From Azolla caroliniana (taxonomy: Eukaryota; Plantae; Polypodiophyta), in the NCBI GenBank assembly GCA_043228905.1, contig JBHGNT010000010.1, forward strand, positions 5,084,001-5,148,000: a stretch of 64,000 bases of DNA, given 5' to 3'. The notes under the pieces are model-generated. The model saw only the letters and a program-made list of their open reading frames with translations. It was not told the origin of the DNA and searched no databases. The translations under genes and the position numbers were made by a program. Below, piece by piece: positions 12,711 through 26,627 of the stretch (positions are counted from its first letter, which is position 1; every line of letters starts with the position of its first letter).

Positions 12711-15700
12711 TCATATGTAAGTACCCAATTGTTTTTTGTGTCGGGATCTTCTCACTTCTCCCAATAGTTGATCTTCAAGCACTTTCTCTAATGCCATATC
12801 TTTTGATACAGAAGGAAGCCATCTCTCTCCTCGTTTTGCTTTCAATAAAGCAATGCGCTCCTCCTCTTTTCTCCGGGCCTCTTTCTCTTTGGCCCAATAC
12901 GCAAGCAAGGATGAGCAAGCCTTGGCAGCAGCTTTATCTGCATTTGCCTTTACTGCCATGCCATCAATCGCAGCCGCTAATATGCATGACTGGAACTGTC
13001 AAGCCACATATAGATGAAACATCAGTGACAACTGGCATACAAAAAATAAACACATGCCAAACCAACAATATTGGACTTCTCAACCAAACTCCTTCCATTT
13101 GAAAAAGGAAACTTTGTAGTCAGCCCCATAGATGATTTTTGTTTTACATAGATGCAAATACATCCTCTCTCTCTCTCTCTCTCTCTCTGAATGCCTATTG
13201 ATCGTATCCAACCTTATCTCATTACCAATATGAGTAGCATGCTCGTGGAGCCCTTACACTACTTCGCACTCGATCTCACAAGTTAGGTATTGAAGTTGCA
13301 TCATGGTATCAAAATGTAACGAATTTGAAGACATGTAAAGTATGCAATGAAGGCATGGTAGAGGATGAATGTCACTTGCTCTTCACATGCTCGACATATA
13401 GTGCAATTCGTTCAAGATATGTTGGCATACTAAGAGGTAGTGATAACTTAAGATCCATACTTAAGACACCACCTAGAGCTCATATGTGTATGCTTTATTA
13501 ACACATAGAGACTTTATGCTTCAACATATGAATACCCCTTCTTAGGAAGGAGACATATATCAAGAACACATGTATACTCTGGTCCCATAGGTCAAAATTG
13601 GCCTCTTTATGGACGATAAAAATTCTAATTCTAATTCTAATTCTCTCTCTCGTACAAAATAGAAAAACCCTTGTGAAAGAAATAACGGAAACTCATCAAG
13701 CCATACCTTTTCCGAAGTTTCGTATGAATCGTCATCTATATTCTTGGTTCTTTTTGCTACTACATTTTCTATCTTCCTGGTCCTTGGTACTCCATCTGTG
13801 ATAGGAAAAATAAAAAATTATAATTTAATATTTTGAAATATTAACAAATTAGAATTCATTTATTTCAGTCATTCCAGAGACTACCATTCACATATACTTG
13901 CCTTCACGAGGGTGTTCATCGGAAAGACCAGGTGGTGCACAACGAAATAGATAGAATGCACTACTGCTATCATCATTATGTTGCTCCATGTGTGTATCGT
14001 AATGCTTTGAAGTTTTTATTTCCAATGCATTGTCAATATACTTATTAAGCAGATCACGTGCCTGTTGCAAATGAAGAATATCATACATTTGAAGTGACTC
14101 TAAAGTAAATTCGACTTCTGTGAAATCTGATCATTTGTCTGCAAGAAGCAAGCATTATAAGTACTAAAACCCAAAAGCTTCTTATCAAGTTGGAAGGAGA
14201 CATGTTTCCTACATGCACTAAACCACGACTTGCAATTCTAGTTTCCTTGGAAGAAAAAGCATTTCCTTCTAGCAAGAATAAGGGACACATGGACAGAGTA
14301 CGGGCACACCATCCTATGCAATGGATGGTTAAACGATTATTTGGGGGGCCAGGAGGATCTACTAGCATATCTCAGGCAGCCTATGAAACCAATCTAGAGA
14401 TTATATCTGAGAATGCTGTCTCACCATGGAGAGCAACAATATTAACATGGGTAAAACTGCTCAAGGTATGGTTGCTATTGCTCAAGTAATTCATAAAGAA
14501 TCTAAATTGAAACATTCAATGCTCTTGAGGAAACATTATTGTTAGCTAAAAAGATAACATTGTGACCTTAGATGGATTCTGCCTTCAAAAGATCTCTAAC
14601 ATGGGCTATTCCAAGATAAAGATGTCTTTTGAGACAAATGTCTATAACACGATGCTCAATTATGCAAAGGTTCTTCTTTTGTTATCGTCATAGATGTCAC
14701 AGTCGTTGACCATCACAAGTTTATAAATCTTGGTGGTAATGGTGTGGTGCATTGCCCATTACAAGTTTATAAATATTGTGGTAATGGTGTGGTGATGCCT
14801 TCATTCTGGATCATGATTTCCCTCAATAGAGTAGACGCCATGTGCATCTCATCATGTTGTCCCATTATTTCATGCTGTTAGAGACTAGCACAGTAATAAT
14901 CAAGAAAAACAACTGCAATGAACATGCACTTGAAGCAAATGCAGATATCCTGCTCACAAAACCCTTTCCTGGAATATTTTCATAAAATTTACTCATGTTG
15001 GAAAGATGAAATATCGTCCATTCACGGTTCAGAATATTCTTTTCTTATAGTGGATTCGTCAACAGGGTAGAATGAGAGACGAATCCCTACCATTTGGATA
15101 GTAGATTGCGGCTGAAGATTTAGTGAAAAAGCTCTCATCTTTCCTGTATATAAGCATGTTCTAACAATCTGAAGGACCTAGACGTTCCAAAAGCATAGCC
15201 TGAGACAACCCATATTGGTCAGCACTAAAATGATTCGATTCACATGCAACCCATATATTCTTCAGTACTAATATGAGTCAATTCACATGCAACCCATATA
15301 TTCTTCAGTAATAAGATGATTCGATTCACGTGCAACCCATATGCTTCAGTATTAAGATAACTCGATTCACATAAGCAGTGAGAAAAAACAATTGTAGAAA
15401 TGATCAAATGTGTGTGTCCATCGGCATCATGGTCAGGTTTAAAGGCCCAAAGGCATGAAGCTGGCCCACAAAAGGTTGAAAATGCTTCGCTTGGACCAAA
15501 AAAAAGAAAAAAAAAGCAAGGAGGCTCTGTTTGCAGGAATCGTACCCGAGACTGGTAGAATTTGAGGGCGGGGCCAGAATCGTCTCCGGCGGCGGAGGAA
15601 GTGGAAGCAGGGGCGGCGGCGGCGGCGACTGTGGCGCTGTCGACGGCCACACTACGCAGCCTTTCCGCCTCTTCTTCGTCATCGCCATCGCTGTCGCTGC

Positions 15701-15713
15701 CTGAAGAACCCAT
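12711..15713 (-). CDS. Uncharacterised ~233-aa protein, CUSTOS-like, 4 exons
   Basis: Exons 15713-15546, 14061-13902 (GC donor), 13795-13707 and 12995-12711 join in frame. Features are an acidic Ser-rich start (SDSDGDDEEEAERLRSVAVD), FYLF..APPG, AAAIDG and a basic C-terminus (EEERIALLKAKRGERWLPS). The CUSTOS similarity is from motif recall only. Confidence 0.75.
13169..13645 (+). mobile_element. 5'-truncated non-LTR retrotransposon (RTE-X/RTE-like) tail in intron 3 of the CUSTOS-like gene
   Basis: Encodes LRTRSHKLGIEVASWY...CKVCNEGMVEDECHLLFTCSTYSAIRSRY, a C-terminal Zn-knuckle of LINE ORF2. It ends in an (AATTCT)n tail and is flanked by CT repeats. Confidence 0.72.
15230..15372. repeat. Three diverged tandem units (~40-50 bp) in intron 1
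   Basis: '(ga)ttcacatgcaacccatat(a)ttcttcagta' repeated. Confidence 0.7.
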
Positions 15714-15730
15714 ATCTCTTCTTCTGTAGA

Positions 15731-15875
15731 TCATTCATTCATCCCTTCATTCATTCATTCATTCTTTCATTCGTTCGTTCGTTCATTCATTCATTCATTC
15801 AGCCCTTCATTCGTTCATTCGTTCATTCGTTCGTTCATTCGTTCGTTCATTCGTTCGTTCATTCGTTCGTTCGTT
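15731..15875. repeat. (TTCA/TTCG)n tetranucleotide repeat in the 5' region of the CUSTOS-like gene
   Basis: Directly visible. Confidence 0.9.
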
Positions 15876-16169
15876 GAGAGCTGGCTCTGCTCTGCTCTCA
15901 CTCTCTTCACTAACAAAGTCTCATGTATGTATGTTTGTGTGTGGGCCTATTGAATCCCGGCACCGCCTCGTCATCATGTCCGCCCGGACATCTTTTCGCG
16001 TCGTCGTGTCCCCGCCCTGATTCCCGGGCCGTATGATTCCTTGACCCCGCCCAATCATCTTTACTTGGACAATGGGAAGCCTTGCGTATTCCCGTCTACT
16101 AGATATGTAGATGAGAAATTGATTTACCCGTGCTAGAACCCACACCATCCCCATGATATGTATAGAAGC

Positions 16170-16228
<59 letters not shown>

Positions 16229-18125
16229 GCTGGCCAAAACTTGTAACAAAAATACCTTGCTAGAATCGTGGAAGTCGTATCAATATGTAGAAGTGTCGTT
16301 TCTTCGGCAAAACTTGTAACACAAAAATATGTGTTAGAATTGTGGGCATCTTATGAATATAGTTGTCATTTCTCTCTTCACATCCCACTTTATTGTTGTA
16401 TTACTCGAGATTACTAATAAAATAATGTTTTTGGCATTTGGTTGTACAAGAAAGCACACCAAAGATGAACGGGACTAAGTGGTCGGCGAGATGTCGAGAT
16501 ACACATGGTAGGAGAGTGTTCCATCCCAAGTAAAAGAACTAGAGGAATGTTCCATGGTAGGTAAAAGAATCAGTACAAAGCAGTCCACAAAGGAGTGTTC
16601 CATAGTAGGTAAAAGAATCAGTGCAAGTAGCGTGTGGACATAACAGAAGTGAGAATACTGGATTGACTAACGCAAACAATTGGCGAGAATCCAATGCCTC
16701 CGAAAACCTAAGGGTTCCTTCGCACAAGGTTCGTCCACATAAGGGTGAGTCGGGGCAACAAGCCCAAGTTTGTGTCCCCAATGAAATGAGTAACCCACAT
16801 CCCTTGCCAATTGTGGCCTTAACACTTAGTCTCGATGGTTGGTGGGGAGTGTAACAACTTATGTTCGAGCGTCTTCCTACACGTACTGGACACGTGTCAA
16901 CTATAGAAAGTATTGTTCCAGAAATGACACCAATTCACCAATTCATGTTCAACTCGCTTGACGTTAGTGGACTTGCATGATACTATCAAGCAATTCGGGA
17001 AGAGAATGCATTAAGGTTGTGAACTTTGAATTTTCCTCTCTGAGCCCAGAGAATGTTATGCATTTTCCAGGGGCTTTAGCCACTCAACCGAAGGGAAGAG
17101 GGTAAACTGATTCTTACTCTATAGAACTGTGATGCATATTTTCATTCGTAGAGCTATCGAAGTCCCCTCACCTACTCTACTCTCCTTGCCGCTTTTTGAT
17201 GAGAAAAGTAGAAAATGAAACAATGCCGCCTCTAAGGCCCCACATCTAGCACAAGCACTTCCCGCTAAATTCAATCAAGCTACTTCTATGACATGCTATG
17301 CTTTTTGTCCTATGGTTAGAAGGTCAATTGGTCGCACGTCCAGCATATAGGTTTTTTTTGGCCTTGCATGTTCATAACTTAACTATAGGTGACCTTACAG
17401 CCGCTCGACTAGACATACCAATAGTTACAAAATTCATATAGGCTACTAAAGGCTAGGCAATAATCATTTTCAGATCAATTTATCTTATAGTAGTAAGGAG
17501 AGTGTATATAATAGCAATCATGGTTAGAGTATAAATAAAAAGAGTAAAAGTATCACTCCAAGAAACATGAGTACAAAAAATCTTTAAAAAACATAGGTTC
17601 CCAGTTAAACAAAAAAAAAATCCCGCAAAGATTACAAATCTAGTTGTAAAGTACCTCTACATGAGCTTCGGGTAACCAAATATGAACTGGTATCATAGGC
17701 ACTTTTACCCAGAAAGAAGCGAAAAAGGTGAGCCATAGCAAGATTTAGCGCCATTCACTAGACTCAGTGGTTAATAATATATGCAATTTCGATAGTTTCC
17801 GTATGAAAGAAAATCAATAAGATAGCTAAGAGCATGAAGACAGATCCAAGCAAGGTATATAAGAGAAACTAATGTGCCGCTCATATTTTTTCTTTATCTA
17901 GAACCCCATATCCCTATAATAACAAACATAAAGATTAATAAAAAAAACATAAAAAAGTAAAATATACAGCATGCGAGAGACACAGCAAAAGCAATCGTAA
18001 AAGATTCACCAATTGAAAATGCTATTAATATACTCTTTCTCAAAACTATCGATGTCCTTTGTGTAGATTGCATGTTTTTCATAGATATGAAAACAGAAGC
18101 AATCATACAGATATATATATATATG

Positions 18126-18142
18126 AGGGTTTAGGGTTTAGG
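18126..18142. promoter_or_regulatory. Telo-box-like (TTTAGGG)2 tract upstream of the DOMON-b561 gene
   Basis: agggtttagggtttagg lies ~300 bp upstream of the ATG, with TGGGC(C) site-II-like motifs nearby. Confidence 0.35.
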
Positions 18143-18268
18143 AGATGGGCGGGGTGGGAGACCGGACACAATTCGGGCGGGTAAGCGGACACCGTAAAAA
18201 AAAACCCAAGGGCTCCACCGGACAATGGCCATTGGGCCGGACAAATTACAATCAATGCCCTGTCTTTT

Positions 18269-18313
<45 letters not shown>

Positions 18314-18424
18314 ACAGCAGCAGCAGATCCAGCCACACAGACACAGCCCCAGCTCCATCGCCATAGCTCTCAGGAAAAACGAACAAAAAGAAATATATAT
18401 ACATATATATTTGCAGAAGATAGA

Positions 18425-18639
18425 ATGAAGACGACGCAGGGCCCCCCAAGCTCCGCCATTACCGCCTTCGCCTTCTCTCTCTTCCTCCTCCTCGCCTTCT
18501 TCGCAGGTCCCGTTTCCTCCGTCCTTTCCCCAGACGACTGCTCCCAGGCCGTTTCCATCCCTGACTTGACGTTTCCCGTCTCCCCACTCACTTGCGAGGT
18601 CGCCTGGCCTCAGTACAACTTCGTCCTCAGGGTACAAAT

Positions 18640-18672
<33 letters not shown>

Positions 18673-21600
18673 AAAATACTCATTAAACAGGTAATTGATC
18701 TCAATCTCGGGGAATATAGACAGAGATAAGAAGAAGAAGAAGAAGAAGAAGATATGTATACTATTACACGAGTGATAATGGTATAATATTGTCATCAGTA
18801 TAGCACTCCCCTATGGCAACAGGCGTTTGCTTTAACTACAATGCTTCCCTTTAGTGAAATTGGTATATGCCTTATTTGTCATCAATGTGCCTCAAATGAT
18901 GCTTCAATTTTCTCTCAAAAATGTCCCATACCAAGTTTGTTTCCATTCCTACGCCGGATATGTAGTATAAGTGCACTGGAGGATACATCGTATGAGTGCA
19001 TTGGTGCAAAGATAGGGAGGATACATAGCGGGTCATCTTCATACTTACTCACGGCAACTTGGGATTGATGTGTGTTCTTTCATTGTTTATTTGGTGACTA
19101 CGTGTCCTTAGGTGTGCACGGATAAATGTGGATGTAGCAGCCCCAGAAATACGCACTGTATGAAAATATCATATGTGAAATGGGAAGTCTGTAATTTATA
19201 CAACCCGTTCCAAACTGCACTTGAAATTAATATTTGTTGGACTTCCTTATAAATTGCACAAATGATTGATCAATTCTGAGAGAGCGGTCTATTGTTGAAA
19301 TAGAGACTACTGAATGGATTTGTGCATGGTGAGAGCATGCAGCGAATATTCACTCTATTTAATGGGCTCCAGAAATCTTGATTATAGGGCAGGGCTGACA
19401 TGTTGAAGATGATGACATGGCCAAGTGCTCATCTCATCAATCACTAGAAGTACACAGTTATATGTGAAATTAATTGTCAGTACAATCCTAATGTTGCTTT
19501 TTTTTACAGTAAATATATCTATTTAGATCCCTGACTGACATATCAGATCTCTAATGTCTGCTCAAGATGTCTATTTACTTTAATTTAGTGCTCAGTTGAG
19601 CAGTGTTGCTCCCATAGATGCATGATAATTAAGGATAAAATGTGAGTGTAATTATATAATTGATTATAACATAAGTTTATACTTTGATTAGAAAGCTAAA
19701 GCACTAGTTAATTACCGATGATTGCTACAAACATTATTGTCCAATGCTCTTATATGGAATATTGAAGAGCTTAAAAGTCAAATATAAAAGAGTGTATAAT
19801 AAGATCTGTGGGAAAGAAATGCCCCAAGGTAGCTATCTGGTTATGAAGAAATTGGGGAAGCATACCCCACAATTCCCACTTTAAATAATTATTTGAACTT
19901 ATTCAAATGTATCAGACGTTTCAGTACATGTCCCTTGATAATGTTTTGAACTACGATGTTCTTGTGCATCATTTATAGTGATTACTTCTTAGTGATGCAA
20001 ATGGATTGAAGACAAAAATGCAAATTTAGTGTTCCCAACATTTCCATTGATTAGATTCCAGATTGTTCCACAAAATCTTATGTTTCATCAAGGCCTCACA
20101 TTTGAATGTTCCATTCCAGTCTGATGCAAGTCTTTTTTTACTTGACAGTATTTCTATGACAAAAACATACAAAGGCTTAGCATTGTTTTATCTGCAAATA
20201 CTGCCATGAATTGGTTTTCCATGGGGTGGTCTCCAACAGGGAATATGGTTGGTGCAAGTGCCATGGTGGGGTACATGTCAAATGATGGTGAAGTTGCTGA
20301 AGGTATCATAAAACAATATTATCTGGCAGGCAAAACAAACTCTGGAGTTCTTGTAGATGATGGTAACTTAACAGTGATTCAAAAGTCGGCGTTGGTAACA
20401 ATGAAAAATCAGACTATATACATGGCATTTCAGATAGAGATGGACGAATCATCAGCATCATCTAGTAAACTCATTTATGCATATGCACGAACTGGTCAGA
20501 CGCCAGATGAAAATGGAAATATTCTCGTAGTCCATCAAGCTTCCTACAGAATGTCATTGGACTTCACTACAGGTAAGCATGCACTATGGTGGCAAACCAT
20601 TCTTGCACTCATCAATTTATTGTATCACAAAAATAAAGGGAATACTGTTTTTAATATGTGCTGGCTTCATTAAAAGACAACATGATAAGAAGGTTTAACG
20701 CCTGTCCATACATCTAGGTCTGAACTCTACATTCTTTAGTTGTTCTTTGGTGTTTTTCATACCTTTTTGCTTCAATAGGTTACCTTATATGTAAACCGAA
20801 TGTTTTAATCATGGCACATTCGTATGTCACTCCAATAGAAATGTAAATCTTACAACCAAGTTTTATGATTTTATCCTTTGTGGCTCACAATTACCTTTTT
20901 CGTTTTTTTATCTGCTGCCTATATATATAATTTTCTCTTTATAGTGGGCAGTCTTTTACATGTCTTTATGCCCCCCACTTTGTGTTGGTATGAACAATCA
21001 CCAACTTAAATCCCATAACTGTGGTCAATGAAGGGCGTGGTCCCATTAATGCAATAGATGGTTAACTGAATGTATTATAGTTCTGACTATTTTGCCCAGA
21101 TTGGCTGAAGCGCCCACGAAGTATGAGGCTCATATGATGGGCAAGTAGTGTTATATAGGTCTTTCAGCATGAGCGGATTAGAGAGCATTCTTCTTTGGAC
21201 TTGAACCATGCTAACCTCTGTGGAAAGACGATGATAAAACAGATATCCAGATCATCCATTAATGAGACATGCATGCTGTAATTAACCAGCTCCTTAGAGC
21301 CTATGTTCAAACATCAACATAATCTCTAAATTACCCGTGGCATGACGCAACATTTGGTGAATGTCATGTTTTTCTAAAATTCTATTCTAGTGTATGAATA
21401 GGGTGCTTCATCCACTGCCAGTTTGGTGATTGGACTTAGGGCCTGCCTGGGTTCAACATGCATGTTGACATGGACAAATATTCAGAGCACGTTTGACTGT
21501 GGGATGATATGGTCAAAAGTTGAAGAGGATGGGTATGAACCCGCATTGTCATTTTAATGTGGATCTTGATATGAAGGGATTTTACATTAATAGTAACGGA

Positions 21601-23935
21601 GGCTAGCTTATTCCAGAAACATGAAACAATAATTGAAAGTGATCTAGAAGCTCAATATGGATTTTTTTCTAGGAAAAAGTTCTCATGAAGAGAGTGCCAA
21701 CCTCCATCATGTTTCTCACTCTAAGTAACTGAAATTTGAGTTTTCGTAATCTGATCAGAATTGGGCAGAAATTAGGTATTAAAAAAATCAGAAATTAAGG
21801 TTTCTGATATTTTTTTGTCTGAAATTGGTATTTTGCTCTGGGATTTGTGAAATAAAGAACTTGGGGTTTACGTCGGTTACGAAATTCAGAAATTAGAGTT
21901 TCTGAAATATCCTGAGAATATTCAGTTGTGCCAGTAGGCTTTGCAGTTGCAGATCATGACAATTGGGACACTTCCGTGGACTTACTTCCTGGAACTTGTG
22001 GTTTTCTGGCTGAAACACCTTATTCTTGTGACCTCTTGATTTTAATTGAATTACCAAAGGGTCTATGCTTTCGGTTGAGATTTGGGAAGATTATTTGAGA
22101 GTGAGATTTAGATTTGTGGGATGTTGCAGTGAACAACTGACAAAAGTGGGGTAGCAACAGTTAGAAACTGAGGGAAGTGGGACAATAAATTAAATGATCT
22201 ACCATTATCATATCTTGCAAGCCAATTCAAGAACGACAGTTGCTCATAGCTAGAGCCAGGATTGATTTGAGAGAACAAGTAACAAAGCCCTTATATCACT
22301 GGTAGGGATCGACAACGGCTCGGCTCAAGCCTAAACCGTTTGTCTTAGCCGGCTTGAAAACGGCTTAGCAGCTCTGCTCGGTTTAGGCTTGAACTTGCCT
22401 TAACGGTTTGAGCTCGGCTTGGCTTGAGCCTCACCAATCCGTCTAAACCATTTAAGCCGTTTATAAACTTTAGAGAGAGGGGGAGAGACAACAGACAAGG
22501 GGAATTAAAGAGAGAGAGAGAGAGAGAGTGAGTGAGGGAGAACTACACAGACGAGGAGAGAGAGAGAGAGAGAGAGAGGAACTACATAGAGGGGAGAGAG
22601 GGAGAGAGTTGAGACCACAGACGTGAGAGAGAGTGGGAGGGAGAGCTTCTACAATGTATAGTATATAGTGGATCATCTGAGAGAGAGAGAGAGAGGGAGG
22701 TTTCTAAACTGGTTTCCAAGCCGGTTCACAAACCGGAACCGGTTTAGGCTAAACCGGTTTGTGAACTGGCTCGGCTCGGCTCAGCTCAGGTTTGAGATCC
22801 TGTAAACGGTTTAGACTTAGCCGGTTTGGCTTGGATCAGGCCAAACCGGCTAAGCCTAAACCGAACCGTTGCCGATCCCTACTTATATGTAAACAGCTTG
22901 AATGATGGTTTCCAACCTGACCGAGGTTGAGATAATTCTCTCTTATGTAGATCCCATCTCTGTAGTAAAGATGGGCTAATGACCCACAGCAGTAAGGCAT
23001 TCTCTACGATGATCCAACAACTTTTGATGCAGAGAAAAATGTTGTCATTGAATCGAAGTACATATTGGTTGTTTTGATGCTTTTACAGTGTCTGTTGTAG
23101 TATAATCATAATTTATGTCTGTTAACAGTGAACCAATTTGGACAAAACATTTTACTATGTCATATATGCTTTTATTGATGTCTTCAGAAGGTCAGACAGT
23201 ATAACTTCTTGCCTTTTGTCTGATTTAATAACTTTGAATTCTATATCAGCTCTTCTAAAGCACCAAAATATTCATCCCTACAGGATCTGAGACCTCAACC
23301 TCAACTTCTGTAGAAAATTTACGGACAAGCCATGGCATTGTTAATATATTTGCATGGGCAATATTAGCTCCTGTTGGCGGTTTTCTAGCCCGGTATCTCC
23401 GACAACGGGCTCCTTTGTGGTTTCACCTGCATATTGGTTTCCAAACATCCAGCTTTCTTCTTGCGATAGTTGGAATTGGTTTAGGGATCAAGTTGACCCA
23501 CGAACTCCCTGATGCCAGTTGGGGACGTCATAGGCTCATTGGAATCTTTGTTATCACTTTTGCAACTCTTCAGGTATGCCACAACATCATGGTCTTATAT
23601 CATTTTTTGGCATTGTATTCATGTCGAATGAACGTGATATATGCATTGCGTATATGATTTAGGTTACAGCACTGTGTTGGAGGCCCGCCAAGAATCGCAA
23701 GTTCTGGAATTGGTATCATCATAATGCGGGTCGGTTTGTCCTTCTTCTGGCTGCGATCAATATTGTTGTAGGTATCAGATTAGCTGATGCAGGCCATTCT
23801 TGGAAGGTTGGGTATGCCTTTATTCTAGCTATAACTCTCATTTCATTTCTTATCTTGGAGTCCATCTACTGGTATAAGTGGTTCAAGCAACGTAGAAACC
23901 CGTCTACAGCTTTCTCCAACTATGAAATGATGTAA
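18425..23935 (+). CDS. Cytochrome b561 and DOMON domain-containing protein (CYBDOM), 4 exons, ~397 aa
   Basis: Exons 18425-18631, 20149-20572, 23284-23573 and 23663-23935 are in frame with GT-AG boundaries. There is a signal peptide, a DOMON motif (WFSMGWSPTGNMVGASAMVG) and b561 His motifs (SHG..N..AW, WFHLH, RH..IG, WNWYHH). Confidence 0.93.
22303..22881. mobile_element. Third copy of the hAT MITE, opposite orientation, in intron 2 of the CYBDOM gene
   Basis: Both TIRs (TAGGGATCG / CGATCCCTA) are present, and the interior is the reverse complement of 6463-7541 with a shorter CT tract. Confidence 0.92.
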
Positions 23936-25757
23936 ACAACATACTTTGCTAAAGAAGATCCCGCATCTTTTCAAACATTTGTAATTCATCTAGTTTTTCG
24001 TAAGCATATTGATTTTTTGGATGCACCAAAACATATCAGGCCAATTGGCTACTTCATGTGTCTTACACGACAAATGTATTATTGCTTTGAGTCTTTGCAA
24101 ATACTGTGGTTAAAACAGTTAAAAGATTAACCCAACACATTGCATCTTGTATGATTTAGGCAATACCCCCAAAGCCTAAAGCCTAAAACTCTAGGTACCT
24201 CAGGGGGAAAGGAAGACTTGAAAGAAACTCAAAAGTTTTGTATAGTTGTGGCCATGTGGTTATATATGTACAAACAAAACCTATATTTCAAGTTATTCTT
24301 GTGGAATGTGTCGGCAGCAGTAAACCTATATAATGTCATGATTTGTGAGTAGGGCCAAGAAGTTCCAATTTCCAAACATGATCGTCACCTTGCCATACAA
24401 AATCATTACAATGAGCACCGCGTCAATGTTTAGAAGCCTATAACCAATAGCCCTAACTTAGCAAAAAAAACCCCAAAGAGATTATATTGTTGGGTGATTT
24501 GGACATTGTTTTTGGATACTTGATCTTTGTTTTCTTGAGAGTTAGTATTGAGTTAATTATTCACCATGATCCATAGATCAGGCAAAGTTCATGAGCGATC
24601 TTTTTCATAAAAATTTGTCTTCAAGTGTAGATATAAGCTTAATTGCCGATTAGTTTCCCATAAGAATTTGCTTGTAGAGAAACAAAAATAATCATAGGTT
24701 TAGCTAAGGAGAAAATTATTTTAAATGTTGGTTTTTTTATTTTTGGTGAGGAGGAAAAATTAACCCCTTGTGGTAAGTGCCTAGGACAAATGCAGAACCC
24801 CAATTGAATGGACTCTACATTAGGTGACATGTTTACAGGGGGCATTCCATAGATGTAACATATGAAGCATATTAAGACTCTAAAACGATCTCTACCAAAT
24901 GCACATTAAATCCAAAGCCATACAAAAGATGTTTGCTTATATATTATGTATTGAACTGGGAAGCCATTTTTAAACATGGGAAGCCATTTTTAAACATGCC
25001 ATACAGTAAATGGGATTCACTAATAATGGGACAAAAGGTGTTAGATTGAATTCTAATAGTTTGTTGGAAATTCGTGTACCTAATGCTTTCACTTGGAGTA
25101 TACCAAAGGAACATTTCATTTGATTACACTTAGACAACCATGATAGGTATATCATTTTGACCTTTAGAAAATCCTCAAAAAATTTGCGAGAAACGCAATT
25201 AGTTGCAAATAGCTAGCTAGAACTTGTACCTCTGGATTTTGTAAAACTTGATGTCTTTTTGGTCGGGTGATGCTCATGCCTAGGTGAAGGCATCAAATGG
25301 TACCTTGACAAATAGAAGAGGAAAAAAATGGTGGACTTTGGGCATTTTGTCACAATTTGTCCCTACCTAGTTTGACCTTAGCTAAGACTGAAGCCACATG
25401 CATGTAAATTGCACGAGAGAGGAAGGGAGAAGGACATTGACACATGTCGTTGTCACAATTGCAAGTCGGCATCGGTGATTGGCGCACGTCATTGAACCTA
25501 TAGCTACATGATCCCAAACTTAGGTTCCACACACACACACACACACACACAAAGCCCTACCTAAGGAGAAAAGGGAGGGGAACTTTAGATTCCCGAAATA
25601 CCCCTGCCTTCCAACAAAATTTGCTAAACACATGTAAATCCATTTCCCACAATTTAGCATTCCTCCATGTCTCCACTTTATAACTCTTTGGAAAGTTACT
25701 TCACTTCTCTCTTTAAAAGATGGTAGAGCTTTTTGGCATTTTCAGACACCAAGATGG

Positions 25758-25975
25758 TTTTTTTTTAAAGATATCTTGTCCTTAGTATAAACAATTTACA
25801 AGATTTTAAACCTCAATGTGATCGGCGGGGGAAACAACCATTTCGGCGGCTGAAAATGCCAATAAGGAGTGCTGTCATTGGATGTCATGAACAGAGTAGT
25901 TGTCCAGATAATAAGAAACTCACTCCATTGAACAATTTTAGCTTCAAAATCTCCAACTATACCATCCCATTGACA
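25758..25975 (-). mobile_element. Short LINE 3' fragment (same family as 2630-2988)
   Basis: poly-T followed by 'aaagatatcttgtc.ttagt.taaaca.tttacaagattttaaa', shared with the other copies. Confidence 0.7.
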
Positions 25976-25997
25976 CGATCTTCCCTCCACATATCAC

Positions 25998-26455
25998 TTT
26001 TTTATTTTGTTTTAAAGAAGATATCTTGTCATTAGTGTAAACATTTTACAAGATTTTAAACTCTATGTGATCGACGGGGGAACAACCATTTCGGAGGCTT
26101 AAAATGCCAATAAGGAGTGTCGTAATTGGATATCATGAATGGAGTAGTTGTCCAGACGATAAGAAACTCATGCCGTTGAGCAATTTTAGCATCAAAATCT
26201 CCAATTATACCATCCCATTGACCCTTTCAAAGTATGAACTATGTCTAACCAAATCTTTGAAACCAATTCAGTCGGTGATGTTTTGAGTTGATGGAAAATG
26301 AGAGAGCGCTGAGCCTTCCAGATGTGATATATAGTGGCACTACTCAATGTCTCCCATACTAGTTGGACTTCCTTCCGTATTCCTGAAAATTGTAATGACA
26401 GCAATTGTAATTTGGTATGAACACTTCCTCATTTAGTGTAAAATCCATGGTCCAC
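25998..26455 (-). mobile_element. LINE 3' fragment, uninterrupted copy
   Basis: ORF 26192-26404 (WETLSSATIYHIWKAQRSLIFHQ...) with a T-rich tail at ~26000. Confidence 0.72.
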
Positions 26456-26584
26456 ACCTCTATGTATGTATATTTGTGTATATGTACTTAAAAAAGTCCA
26501 GGCATACACATACACATGAGAGCCACGCCTCTATGTATATTTGTGTATACTAAGGAATGCATATCTTTCTTAAAAAAAGTCTAG

Positions 26585-26587
<3 letters not shown>

Positions 26588-26627
<40 letters not shown>

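Noticed and set aside
14081-15230. ORFs in intron 1 of the CUSTOS-like gene as a nested gene
   Set aside because: Short ORFs with no recognisable domain or consistent splice structure.
16430-17470. Possible LTR-element remnant (short ~50-bp repeats, PPT-like GGTGGGGAG-TGTAACA) or organelle-like DNA
   Set aside because: No paired termini, TSD or coding motif could be established by eye; a database search is needed.
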